A program made the translations under genes and the position numbers. This document shows, in pieces, positions 25,165 through 37,700 of a DNA stretch of 64,000 nucleotides. The stretch is from Zancudomyces culisetae HAW-14-8 (taxonomy: Eukaryota > Fungi > Kickxellomycota): NCBI GenBank assembly GCA_052426225.1, contig JBNJNM010000012.1:62001-126000 (forward strand). Reading direction: 5' to 3'. The first letter of the stretch is position 1. Each line of letters opens with the position of its first letter. The notes beneath the pieces were generated by a model. The model worked only from the letters and a program-made list of their open reading frames with translations, was not told the DNA's origin and did not search any database.

Positions 25165-26118
25165 ATGTCTGGACTAGTAACGAAAATCACAATTCAATCA
25201 AGGCCGATATTATCCAAGGGAATCTCGAACATTCGCCTTTCAGTCTGTAAGAATGTAGTCTCAAGTGCCAATTTGAGGGCTGTTGCTGTTAGGGCTTTTA
25301 GCCTGACGTCATCCAATCTTGTAGCTAGAAATACAAATTCAAACGCGACTAAGGGAAGAGCCGGAAAATCTGCTGGTGTAACAAGAAAGTCTTCACAAAC
25401 TAAAAGGGCTAGCAAAGCTAAAAAACCTCAAAAGGCGAAGAAGCTCAAGAAGCCCAAGAAGGTCAAGAAGGCAAAGAAGCCAAAGGCCAAGAAGGTCAAG
25501 AAACTCGGAGTTGGTCGCACAAAGAGAGCACCAACAAAAGCCGCTATCCGCGAAGCCAAGATCAACAGAAAGACAGCACTTTTACGACCACCAAGCTCGA
25601 GAGCAATAACACCCTATGTTGCCTTTGTGATCGAGTTTTTCAAACAGCAAACTGGCTCCGTAAAGAAAAATATGCAAGATGCTGCCCAAAGCTGGAAATC
25701 CTTGACCGATGCACAAAAGCATGAATACATTGCCAAAGCCAAGGAGGAAAACGCGCGTAGAAAAGAAGAGGCAGAAAAGTGGTGGGCTACTACTGATATA
25801 GATCTCGTTAAACTTGAAAACTCCCGTAGAAGGAGAAGAAACGTTACTCTAAAGAGCGAGAAGAAGTCAGAATTAAGATTGCTTGACGATCCCCGTCTTC
25901 CAAAGAGACCAGCGACTTCATTTTCATTGTTTTTCGCTGACCGTTTCGCTTCAGTCAAATCTGACAAGTCAAAGAAAGTAACTGACCACTTCAAAGATAT
26001 TGCCACTCAGTGGAGAGCATTGCCAGAATCAGAAAAACAAAAATATAAAGACATTTTTGCCAAAAACAAGAAGGAGTATGAAGAAGGTGTCAAGAAATTG
26101 CTTCACAAGAGTGATTAA
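25165..26118 (+). CDS. Mitochondrial HMG-box DNA-packaging protein (Abf2/TFAM-like) with Lys/Ala/Pro-rich H1-like region
   Basis: R/S-rich acid-free N-terminus (RAFSLTS) resembling a mitochondrial presequence; two HMG boxes (PYVAFV..WKSLTDAQKHEY; PKRPATSFSLF..WRALPESEKQKY). Confidence 0.8.
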   Translation: MSGLVTKITIQSRPILSKGISNIRLSVCKNVVSSANLRAVAVRAFSLTSSNLVARNTNSNATKGRAGKSAGVTRKSSQTKRASKAKKPQKAKKLKKPKKVKKAKKPKAKKVKKLGVGRTKRAPTKAAIREAKINRKTALLRPPSSRAITPYVAFVIEFFKQQTGSVKKNMQDAAQSWKSLTDAQKHEYIAKAKEENARRKEEAEKWWATTDIDLVKLENSRRRRRNVTLKSEKKSELRLLDDPRLPKRPATSFSLFFADRFASVKSDKSKKVTDHFKDIATQWRALPESEKQKYKDIFAKNKKEYEEGVKKLLHKSD

Positions 26119-28810
26119 ACATACTTAGTTTCTCGTTTAAATATCGTACTATATACACTTACCTATTTGTGCTTTTTTTATGCATATGATTGATTTTTTT
26201 TACACAAGGCAATATACTTTATCAACAGTTAATGATATTTTGACTTCATTCACTTAATACTGGATTCTGAGATCCTAGCTTTCTATATTGAAGATATTAT
26301 AAAATATTCGCGATTTTTTTATAGAAGAAACGGTGTCAGTGCCAAATGGGAGGAGGAGGGTGAGGGATATTATTGGTGCTGATTCCAGCTACCTTTTTTC
26401 ACTATTCGAAAGGATATGTACGTTTCTATATATCATTAAAAACACAAAAGAAACCAAGGTTATTATACCAACCCTAGAGGGATAGGCTTATGCTTGGTGT
26501 ATATTTTAACTAGCGCAAACACATGAGACTGTGTATATTAGGGGTACTATATAGCTTTTAAATGGCTCTGGATTTTACTAATACATCCTTTTCTTTTTGT
26601 TGACATTCAAAAGCTAAACAAACGGCCATGTTTAAAAACGACCTGTTTGGCATACCAAGTAAATGAACAAGTTTGAAATAAAAATAGGTGGAGGTAATGT
26701 TGGGAATAGACAAGATCTTTAAAGTATATTTTAAAGCTGATAGCTAAGAAAATAGATGGTTAGTTAAGTAATAACAATCCCAGCTATTTCCAACTAGTCA
26801 CGTATGTTACATAAACCGGCGCAAATATATATTAATGGGAATTAATGCAAATAGACAAAAGCGAAATACATAAAGTCCGAAAGATAAAGGGTTAGTAGAT
26901 TGGGTACAAGTTTAAAGTCTAGTAGCCAGAATTGAGAATGGGAAAAGCTATATATGTTGTTTAGATATACATTGATAACATTATTTAATAAAAAAGGCGA
27001 TATAAGACTTTTACTTTTCCACACTGTGAATAGATAGTGTTATTCCAAGTTGGAATTAAGTTGGTGTTTCTATTTACAGTATAAGAGTGAGTGTAAAATA
27101 AATATTTAAAGAAGAAACAATTTTTTTTGTGATTATCCTTAAGCCGAGTAGGCGAGTAAACCGAGTTGAGGAGGAAGCGAGGATAGAGTGGGGTGGTGTC
27201 GAGATGTTAACCAGTCATTTTTGTACATAGACAGTTTATTACCAGGCTGGTTTGACCAGAAAAGTGAATGATGTTTGAACATGATGCTAATCTGTCTATG
27301 TACTTATAAAAGACTAAAGGTTATTTTTACTTGTTGAGTTTGTGCTCATAAACATTCAAACTCTTCTAATCGCTCGGCCTTTGTCTTTGTTAAAATTTAC
27401 TATTTGTCTTGAAAAAGCAGTAAAAAAAAAGTGGACCCATAAATGTTCAAAGAATCATTCAAGACCTTGTTAAAAGATGGAGACAACAGCTGAAACAAAA
27501 GGCCTCAAAGATGGCTTTGCGTTTGCTCAATTTGATGACCAAATGCAGAATAAAATGAATTAAAACAAGGTAAGTGGATCATGCTCTCAAAGTACCGAAA
27601 TGCTGAGCTTTTTAGAGGTTGAAATGTTTCAAAGCGAGAAAAATGTGTATTGGAACAAAATGCATTATGCCGGCCGCACTATCGGCTTTAGGGACGCAAA
27701 TATACAATGGTATTCTTATGCGTTTTAAGTATGGTACAAGAACGCTATAAATAGTAGCTGGGCTTCTAATTTGAACGAATTATTGAAGAGTGGGCGCTAA
27801 GCTGGTAGAGATGGGGTAGCATCACCAACCCTCAATTAAACATTTGCCCAAAGAGTGTGCTTTATTTTTTTAAATTTCGGAATTAGAAAAAAATTATGGA
27901 ATAAACCTATCATAATTGCTATTTTGAAAAATGAGAAACACCAAAAAAAAAATCGTGCAAAATGGGAAGTTGGGACGGAATGACGATTTCATTTGCTAAG
28001 TCTAAAACTTGTAGAAAATTTTGGGTTGTGAAATGAAATTAGACATCGAGTTATTTCATTTGATGCAAACAAAGCTGATATATTTGCTTATTAATTCTCT
28101 GATCAATTTGCCTGTTGCTCTCTTACACTTACACTTTCACTTTCACAAGGTAAAGACACAAATACGTAATTAACTAGCAATAAATTCAGATGATATTCCT
28201 TTAAAAATGAAGTGCTAAGTAAAAGGTATATTGTAGGTTTGCAGGTTCAAGTTATACTTATTTATCGAGATAGTTTGAATTATTTTAAAAGCCATTGATT
28301 TAGCACATATCAACATTTGTTAAAATACAGGCGATATCACAACGATAAAACCGACAAAGTGAATAATCCAGGACTGTTTATTCCAACTTTTGAACATATC
28401 AGATTTATAAAACCAGATTTATATATATTGTCGAAAATTGGTAACTTAGTGACACAGGTGCAAAAGCTATGTAATAAAAAAAAACGTCTGGCTGGAAATA
28501 GTAACTATCGTAAAGTCAAGTTCCAAAGTTTTGAACACAAAATAAATAAACAAAACTACACCATATAAATACGTAAAAAAGATCTTGCTAAAAAAAAATT
28601 GTATAAAACACCAAAAGCAAACTAAGTCCAACACTAACAAACATATTGGGATTAAATACCATTAGCCTTTCATTTCAAAAACTTAAAAAGCTAGGATAAA
28701 TAGCCAGCCACATCATATACACACATTTAAGCACATAAACATAAACATACACATACGCATACACATACAGAGTGCACAAAAGAGACAACAAAGACAAAAT
28801 AAGTATCAAT

Positions 28811-31300
28811 ATGGCGGTTATGGGAAGCGGCCGAAGGCAAGAAAGTAGCATTTTCATGGGGTTGCCTAAACTAAGCATAGAAGACACCACAATGGGTGAT
28901 ATGGAGATACTAAATTGGTTTGACGGTACACAGGCTTTTGAAGCGAGAAATCTTAAGACACAAGAGGATATCAATAAACACAACGATATAGACACACATT
29001 CCCAAGATACTGGACTGTCGTATAGTTTGTTTACAAACGTAAAATATGATCCAAGTATTACAGAACCGGTGAGTAGCAACAACAGCGACTTGATGCTATT
29101 GAGCCGAACGAGGGGGAGTTCCAAAACAAATCTTTCGTACGAGAGGAGTGAGTCTAGGTATTCAATGAGTGGTGTATATCGATCACCAAACAACACAACG
29201 TCATCTACAGGTGAAACATATGCTAGTGGTGATGAAAAGGTCTCCGAGTTTTTTTCGGAACTAAACAGAGACATAGGCACAACAGATGACAGTAAAAGAA
29301 AAAGTGTAAAACTAGGACGTAAATTTAGTACAGGTAGTATAAAGAGCAACAAGAGTACAAAGAGTAGAAAGGGTTCGGATGCTTCGTTATATAAGCTGAA
29401 GGAAAAAGAATTTAAAAAAAGAGGATCAACAAGAACAAAGGACAGCGCAAGGGAAAGTCGGGTCAACAGCAATAATGCATTTTATTTTGACCTAAAGCAC
29501 GGCAAAACATACGGTGTAACCCCAAAAAGCAGCGATAATAGATGTAGCAAGAGCCAAGATAGTTTTACGGAATCGCAAAATACGTATAGCAGAGCAAGAA
29601 GTAGTAGTGTTGAAAGTGCGGGAACTTCTCAAAAAAGAAACTCCAGACGACCGCCTTCAATTATATCAATTTCAGCAGTATCTATGACAAGTATGGATGA
29701 AAGCACGGTTGAAAAAGAAAAAGAGCTGTTGCAAAAAAGCAAAGAGGTACAAGAAGTTTATTCTGCGTATAAGGCCATGTCGCCCAGGGGTGGGCAAGGC
29801 GAAAATGTCAAGCATCTGGAAGATAGAGGTAAGCATATCGAGAATAGTTGTGTAGACTACACTTCTGAGCTGACGAGAACTCTACCGATAAACGATTCTC
29901 AAACAGATCCAAGATTAAATGATATAACTGATCCAAATTTAGCGGGTTATCAGGAAGAAAAAGAAAAGGATGCGCTGGTTTTTGAGATAGAAGAAGGGGA
30001 GATTCGAAAACCAAATGATGACAATCAAACGAAAAAAGATAAAAAGGGAGAGATAGTAGGATATTCCAGGATCGGAGGGTCAGTAATGTCGATACATCGT
30101 ACACTGGCAGAGGTAAAAGGATCACCAAAAGCAAACAAATTAAAAATAGGAGATATTGAAGAATATAACCGATTGGCAAAACTGCAAAACAAGCGAGGTC
30201 GAGAAGGAATCTCTATTCAGTTGGAGTTCGCCAAATATCTGATTAAATCGGCCGAAACGTTGGAGGAAATGGACAAACAGCAAAACAATGTGAGTAAATA
30301 TGCGCAATATTTCCTAAACAAGCTTCCAACAGCAATCTTCAGGGCAGATCGAGGTCGTGTACTGGAACTAGCCAAATATTGGGTTGATCGGCTAGCCAGC
30401 GATAATGTTGCCGAGGCTATATTTATCAAGGCAGACTGGTATTATAACGGAAAAATATATAGCAAGCAGAAAAATGTTCTCAAGGCGATCAAGTACTACG
30501 CAGCAGCTGCAAAACTGGGTCACGCAAGTTCGGCAATGACACTAGCAATCCACTATGAAAACGAACGCAACTTCAAAAAGGCGTTTCAGTGGTACATCTT
30601 TGCCTCGCATCTGAATGAGCCCGCCGCAGCGTACCGTCTAGCCATAGCATATTTGTGCGGCGAGCTAGGTTTGTCTGTGAATCTCTCCTATGCTCATGCA
30701 TACCTTCGGCTCTCTTCACGGTTTGCATCGCGGGATTGTCCATATGGCGCGTACTGTTTAGCTCTGATGTACCTTCACGAGCCACCTGTCCATATAGACG
30801 TATCTTCTGAGTTTCCTTACAACCCTGAGCTGGCCCACTCGTCGCTGTTTCATGCTGCCACCCTTGGATACCCTCCAGCACACTATCTGTTGGGCTGTCT
30901 GCACGAAACTGGCGACCATGAGTTTTTGAGGAGCCACCGCATTGCCTTTGCTTCCTATCATACAGCTGCAAACCTTGGCCACAAGGAAGCGCAATATTCG
31001 CTGTGCAGAATGTACCTGGCCAAGGCTAAGAATGAGCTATCTGAATCCCCCAACCAACTAGAGTTTCTTTCTCAAGCATATAGATGGTGCGAAAAGTCTG
31101 CTGTGCAAGGATATCCAACCGCTGAATACAAACTTGCTTGGTTCCACGATCCCGAAACTACAATTATTTCATCCTCCATGACCAAAACACTAGAGTTGCC
31201 TTTTTCCAAAGATCTTTCCACTGCAAAGGCCTGGTACACCAAGGCTGCAAACCACAATGTTGCCGATGCCATTGACTGGGTCGTTAAGCATTCCTATTAA
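28811..31300 (+). CDS. Sel1-repeat protein, chitin synthase activator (Chs4/Skt5-like); start at first ATG assumed
   Basis: QLEFAKYLI motif followed by about six Sel1 repeats (AIKYYAAAAKLGH, AAYRLA..G.LGL, AATLGYPPAHYLLG, AYRWCEKSAVQGYPTAEY, AKAWYTKAA). Confidence 0.75.
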   Translation: MAVMGSGRRQESSIFMGLPKLSIEDTTMGDMEILNWFDGTQAFEARNLKTQEDINKHNDIDTHSQDTGLSYSLFTNVKYDPSITEPVSSNNSDLMLLSRTRGSSKTNLSYERSESRYSMSGVYRSPNNTTSSTGETYASGDEKVSEFFSELNRDIGTTDDSKRKSVKLGRKFSTGSIKSNKSTKSRKGSDASLYKLKEKEFKKRGSTRTKDSARESRVNSNNAFYFDLKHGKTYGVTPKSSDNRCSKSQDSFTESQNTYSRARSSSVESAGTSQKRNSRRPPSIISISAVSMTSMDESTVEKEKELLQKSKEVQEVYSAYKAMSPRGGQGENVKHLEDRGKHIENSCVDYTSELTRTLPINDSQTDPRLNDITDPNLAGYQEEKEKDALVFEIEEGEIRKPNDDNQTKKDKKGEIVGYSRIGGSVMSIHRTLAEVKGSPKANKLKIGDIEEYNRLAKLQNKRGREGISIQLEFAKYLIKSAETLEEMDKQQNNVSKYAQYFLNKLPTAIFRADRGRVLELAKYWVDRLASDNVAEAIFIKADWYYNGKIYSKQKNVLKAIKYYAAAAKLGHASSAMTLAIHYENERNFKKAFQWYIFASHLNEPAAAYRLAIAYLCGELGLSVNLSYAHAYLRLSSRFASRDCPYGAYCLALMYLHEPPVHIDVSSEFPYNPELAHSSLFHAATLGYPPAHYLLGCLHETGDHEFLRSHRIAFASYHTAANLGHKEAQYSLCRMYLAKAKNELSESPNQLEFLSQAYRWCEKSAVQGYPTAEYKLAWFHDPETTIISSSMTKTLELPFSKDLSTAKAWYTKAANHNVADAIDWVVKHSY

Positions 31301-31781
31301 TCTGTTATTATTATCATTATCACTAATGTTGATGCTGCTTAGCATGATAGTTTTATTCATGCGGCTTTTTTTTTTTTGTTGTGCATCCGTTTAGCTTTTG
31401 TAGTACTTGTACGTTTTTCTCATGTTCGCTATTGTTTATACAATTTTACCTTTTATTACTTTTAGCATTATTATTACCAGCATTGTTATTGATACCACTT
31501 GGACATTATGAGAATTAAAGAACACAAACCAACAACTTTTGCGAATCATGGAGGGTTAAATACCGTTTGGTGCAGCAGTAGCTCAATGGTATTTGCTTTT
31601 TTTTTTTGTTAAATCTGAAATTATTACAAATGGAATTGGATCAATTTATTTATTTTAGAAAAATAGTTTTATGATAATCTCATTTTTTACGCAAACTTTT
31701 ACCCACATTATTAAATACATTTTCAAGATCCCAAAAAGCTTGGATTCAGGTATAAAAGAAAAAAATAGTGAAGGTGTAAAA

Positions 31782-32275
31782 ATGATCCAAAATCAGTCAC
31801 CAAAAGTAAGAATCATTAGCGGCGACGACTATGAATTTTATCTGGATAAGGAAATTGCCGTGCAGTCCGGAACGATCAGTCGAATGTTAGAGGGGTATGA
31901 TCTCGGAGCTGACGATAACGAAATTGCTCAGTTTGCCGAAGCCACGAGCAATGAAATTGTATTCCCAGATATAGAGTAATACCTAAATGTATTTATGTTT
32001 AAAATTTAAAGGAGGTTTAACAAAAAAAAGAGACTAGAATGGTCTTCTCATCGAGATATTGTTGTTCATTTAAGCAAACATTTATCAAAAAAAAACAAAA
32101 ATTATTGTTTAATAGAGGTAGGATTCTGAACCAAGTATGCAAATATCTAATATACAAGTGGAAGTACTCTGCTAATTCAGCAGCTGCGCAGGTGTACATG
32201 GAAATTCCCGAATTTCCAATCGAGCCTGAGATCGCGCTAGAACTAATGATGGCGGCCGATTACCTGGACTGCTGA
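31782..32275 (+). CDS. ELC1: Elongin C; exons 31782-31975, 32116-32275
   Basis: [62 protein letters not shown]; a GT-AG intron restores the frame. Confidence 0.95.
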
Positions 32276-33694
32276 AGATTGGGTGCTCCATTTCCGGTAG
32301 GAATTCCAAGGTCCTGGGCAAGCCGGTCCAGAAGAATTTTTTCGTTTGCTGTGGTGTTTTGGTAACCACAACCGCCCAGTAGTTCTATTGACTCGTTGTC
32401 AAGGACGACAATGTTTGAAGGTGCGAGCGTATTTGGGTTTTTTAAGAGAACCTACCAATGTATCAGTTCATCAATGTATTAATGTTTATTAAAAGTTTGT
32501 TATTGGAACAAAGGGATAGGGGGAGAGAGTGAGAGTGAGAGTGAGAGACAGACAGAGATATATATGGTTTCTTGTGTACTTTTTTTTTTAAAAAAATGAA
32601 TTTTTGTGTGGATACCAAATAAAAAAAAACATGGAAAAGCGAATATGATGTACTGGGGACTAAACACAAGTATTAAGGAGGAATAAAAATATGGAAGAAG
32701 TGAGGTAAGGAGGGGGATGGGGGTGTGGCTTACCTTGGTTCCCAATGGCAGGCACACGTGTAGATCCAGGTTTTTGTTTCTTTCATTAAGCTCCAAGCCT
32801 ACAAGCTGGGATGCACCATCAGACAAAACCAGTTTGAGCATGTTTCGGGGCAACCCGTTGACAACTGTATCTAAGGGATCTATTGTTAGAGTAGATAAAC
32901 AATTTAGAGACAAATAAAAAGGAAAAAAGTAAAAGTAAAGGGTGGGAGGGGGGAGGATAAATAGTGGTAGTGGTGATACTTGCTGAATTCTGGGTTGTAT
33001 CCTTGGGGATTGTTCCTATATTTAATTAGTGTAGTTGTGAAATGTATTTCCAGCTAAATCGTCTCAATGGATAAATTGAGAATGAAATAAACACAGAAAG
33101 GATCATGTAATAAATGAAGCATATATCACAGGGTTATTACTGGAAGGAAAGTAGAGAATAAAAAGTAGAAAGTAGAACCTACTCTTTATCATTTTCGTCT
33201 CCAAATTCAAAAAAATCGTCGTCGTTTCCCTGGTCCTGACCGTGACCCTGGGGTCCCTGGCCCGGGTGTACACCCTGTCCTGGTAAATTTCCATCCTGAA
33301 GACCGGAGCGTTTGATTTCGGACGCTTGGTTGAGAATCTTTTGGGCGTAAATGCTGTTGTTCAACAAATTGATTTGGGTTGTTTGGTTGCGGGCGTCGTT
33401 TTTCAGCTTTATCGCGGTGTACAGCTTGAACTTGCTGATACCGACATCCTGGATATCGATGATCTCCAAGATATGGAAATGCTTGGTGGAAAGGTCCAGT
33501 GAAGGATTGGTAGAGTTTGATAGTCTGGAATCCAAAAAACGCGAGAATACAAAGGTGTCGAGTAGCTCTGGCGCGCTTGTATTTTGATTGGTGGTAAATT
33601 GTGAAATGCACGAGTCCAGCCAGGCTTCTTTAAGTATAACGTTGTATTTGTTTTTGAATGTTTCCAAGATTGTGGGTTTGCGGATACTGAACAT
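32260..33694 (-). CDS. RMI1: RecQ-mediated genome instability protein 1 (OB-fold); exons 33694-33183, 33015-32984, 32879-32734, 32451-32260
   Basis: [61 protein letters not shown]. The four-exon model gives an 882-nt open frame. Confidence 0.8.
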
Positions 33695-33919
33695 TATTAT
33701 TTTTATTATTATTTCTATTATTAATATTATTCCATATTGAAAAGTCTAGATGAAAGTAAATATATAATTTTTTTAAAGTAATTATACAAATTTATTGATG
33801 AAATCATTATTGATTTTCATATTCTTTTTCAATTTAAAAGAGATAAAATAAACAAATATAAATGTCTAAAATGCAGAAAACCCGATAGTTAATGACAAAA
33901 AAAAAACAATAAAATAAAA

Positions 33920-34501
33920 ATGGAGTACAACAACGATAATACGAATACCAGCGCTATTGACTCGGTCAGGAAAAAGCAACTTGAATTTTACCTGGATACA
34001 GGAAACAACATATATTTTTCGAAAAAACCAAAACCAAAATTCAGCACAGCACCAGACCAGGCCGAGCACGTCTCATTCGCCAAGCAGGTATATATACACA
34101 ACCTCATGAAGGTGGACAAGCAAAAGAATGCAGAGTTTCGACGGAGATATGTACAGCTCATTAATGAGAACGGCACATTTGAGACGCCGCCTGCATCGCT
34201 GCTACCACACGAAAATATGGTTGGGGCTCGTGGGCGTGGTGGGATAGACGGGTTCTTTGGCGATGGTGGCTGTGATCCAGGTGATATCGACGGACCAGGC
34301 GATGATATTATTGGGAACTTTGATTCGGAGTGTCTGGGATACTTGTTTGGCTCCAAGGTTTCCGAACTAGAACTGTTGGAGGCAATTGAGGAGTTTGGCC
34401 CTGTTGAGTTTAAATCCAAATCCAGGATGGAGCTAGATCCCCAGTATTCGTTGGATCGTGCGATTATGGATAGCGAGATAGATAATCTAAGTTATAAATA
34501 G
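33920..34501 (+). CDS. Hypothetical protein (193 aa)
   Basis: ATG in A-rich context and coding-like composition; no recognisable domain. Confidence 0.6.
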   Translation: MEYNNDNTNTSAIDSVRKKQLEFYLDTGNNIYFSKKPKPKFSTAPDQAEHVSFAKQVYIHNLMKVDKQKNAEFRRRYVQLINENGTFETPPASLLPHENMVGARGRGGIDGFFGDGGCDPGDIDGPGDDIIGNFDSECLGYLFGSKVSELELLEAIEEFGPVEFKSKSRMELDPQYSLDRAIMDSEIDNLSYK

Positions 34502-34758
34502 CAGATATCATGAGTCTAGGAGGAGCGGTGGAGAAGAAGAACGGGGAAAGGGGAAGCGGAAGGGGGGGGGATGGAATGGAAAGTAAAAGAAGGAATGGGG
34601 TTGCGGAGTATTTGTATGTAATAGATTGTATTGATGATTAATGATTTAAATTATAGATTAAAGGATGAATAAAGATTGAATAAAGAATATATAAAGAATT
34701 AGTCCTGTTAGTAATAAAGCATGAAAAAAATGAAAAAATAAAAAAATAAAAAACAAAT

Positions 34759-37700
34759 TTAACGTTGTAGGCCAACATAGTTCAGTTGATTGTGGGTATT
34801 TATGGGAGTGTTGAAGAGGGAAATGTTGGGCATATTTATGGATGGAAGCGAGTAACCTGGTTTTGGGTTTGCTGGGGTGGCAGAGCTAGGATCGGAGGAT
34901 GGATTTATAGTGGCTAAAGAGCGAGTGGAGGATGAAGAACCGAATAAAGGCAGCTCAATGGAATAAGAAGGGTTGGCGTTGGGGTTATTTACAAGTTCGG
35001 GAGTGGATGAATGTTGAGAGGAAACCAACAGAGAATCGAGATTTTTGTTTTTGAATTTGATTAGATCAAGCAGAAGAGTAGAGTCAGAGGCAAACTCGGA
35101 GGAGATCTGGGATTGGATAGAGGAAAAGATAAGGGAGCGGAGGTCATGGTTGTGGTGAGAAGGGTCGGTGTTTTTGATTAGCAGATCAAAGATGGAATAA
35201 GTGGAAGCAGGAGCAAATGTGGTATTGTTGACATGTTGGGAAATAGAATTTACAATACTGAGTAAAGTCTTGGGTTGAAGAGGAAAAGTACGTTTTACAT
35301 ATTGGCTAAATTGAAGCAGAGCGTTATTTGGGTTAATGTTAGTTTGTGGTTGGGACTGAGAAAGCGAAGAGATAAACGTGAGAAAGTTGATAATAAAAGC
35401 CAAGACATCAGAAATGATTTTGAGAGAAATCGGAGTTATAAGCAAGGCGCTAGTACACAATGGTTTGTTGGTGGTGTCTTCACTCCGACTGGCTAAAGAA
35501 GCGTGGAATTTAGATTCCAAAAATGTTTCTTTGACCAAAAAGTTCAGCAAGGTTAGCGCCCAGTTTGCAAATTTAACCAGTTGTTGTTGTTTATACTCTA
35601 GGCTGAACAACGACGAGCGTTGTAGCCGCTGGTAGTTAAACAAAATAGACGAAAACTCCAAAAAGATCTTGAGGTTTGTCGCAGCGACTACTAGGGTGTT
35701 CTTCTTTGGGTCATTGTTGACGGATGAAGACGAAGGTGGGAATTTGCACTGGGCCAGAATGGTGCTGGATAGCTCAAAGTATTTTCTAAAAATAGTAAAT
35801 GTTGAGCTGGTAGGAGTGAAAATCCACGACTCTAGGTTTGCCGAGCCGTCATTTTTTTCAAACAAAACTCGACTCAGGAGATCACCACTGTGTACCAACA
35901 CGCTTTGTAAATGGATTGCTAGATCCTCCTCGTCCTGGTTGGCAGCATCAAAGTGCTGTTTAATAACCTGTACCACATCGCGAGAGTTTGCATTATTCAA
36001 CAAATTCAGCGCTAGTTGGGCAGACAGTATTTTGGCAAACCCAACGCTACCATGAATGGTCGTGTACTGCTCGCGTGTTAGATATAGGAATTCCAACGTT
36101 GCTCCGCTCGCACCGTGGTTACCAGTAGAGCGGATTTTTACTCGTGCCGCCGAGTTGAGATTTTCATTGACTGCTGTACAATATTTACCATCATCTCTTG
36201 CTTCAAATAGCGTGGCAAACCTAATTCTATCATCAATGCACCCATTGCTCAATAAGTATTTCCCGTCGCTTAAACTTATCCCGAGTCTCTCGTACTTGGT
36301 TTCATTATCATCTCCACCCTGTTTATGGCTAATAATCACTGTTGGCTTAAACACTTGTACGTTGTTTACTAGTCCTCGGCCTGAGCTCTCGACACTGGTA
36401 CAAATGTCGTTGATATTAATGCTGTTGTTCTTGTAAACATGTACTATTTGGTTTTTGTCAAGCTTTGTTTTGTAAAATTGCAAAACGTTAGATTCTATAC
36501 CAATATCATTCTCAATATTTTGGCTTTCTTGATTTGAATTGTCAATATGACTGATTACTAATGCCACTATTGGAAATTCAAGCAACTTTTTCGAATCATC
36601 CTCGTTATCGTTATCGTTATCATTTTTACTATTGCTGCCGCCATTATATAGATTTGGGTTGATTTGTTGTATAAGTTTAACATGTTGAATACTACCACTC
36701 GATTTTGCCTTTTGGTTTTGACTACATCTTCCTAATTCTGTCCTTTTTCCTATCATATCATCTGTGTCTTCAGTATTAATAACACCACCATCTTGCTGTC
36801 CGTACCTAGACTGTGTGTGTACATATACATATTCACTATCCAGTAGCTCCAAATTATTCTCCGAACACTTCCACTCTATCACATACAATACACATCGCTC
36901 CTCTACCTCTACCTCTACCTCTACTTCTACCTCTTGTTCCTGCCCGCTCTCCTCCTGTTTTATCCACTTCCACACCGCCGCAACTACAAAATATTTGTAG
37001 TTGACCAACCGGATATCCGCATGTGTTATCATCCACACACCTTCCATATCGTTTTCCCTAGTTTCTGCTACTCCTGTCTCGTTTGCAGAGCACTGATCCT
37101 TATAAGGAACACCTAAATCAATGTACTGCTGTCCATCATGCTCCAATTCATCCGCTGTATCTGCCGACCCAGCTTTATCTTTTCTGTCATTGTTGTTCAG
37201 CAAAAACCTTCCTGCACATGTCAAAACCACATTTGTGTACATAAACCCATTCCTCCGGCCTCTTGTATATCCCCCAATATCCATTTCCACATTATCCACA
37301 CCCGCACCCACACCCACACCCACACTCATATCTGTCTCTGTCTTTGTTTCTATATTTTCCATCTCTTCCTCTTCCTTTTCCTTTTCTTTTTCCTTTTCCC
37401 CATCCACAAATATTCTAGCTACATGTTTCTTGCTTTGTTGAAGCCACTCTATTGCAGCTACTGGACACTCCATATCAATCGTCTGTATTTTCTTCTCTTT
37501 GCATGTATATATTTCTATCTTTCCTCTTGGATCCACAAATGCGACTCTACCTCCTCCCCCTCCCCTATTATCTCCATCCCAAAATGCCTTGCTTTCTATC
37601 TTGCCCCGCACAATTCCTCCATTTTCCCCATTATTGACCCTATTTATTCCCTCTCCAGACTCATACAATTCATTTTGCGCCATGCCATCCTCCCCCTCGT

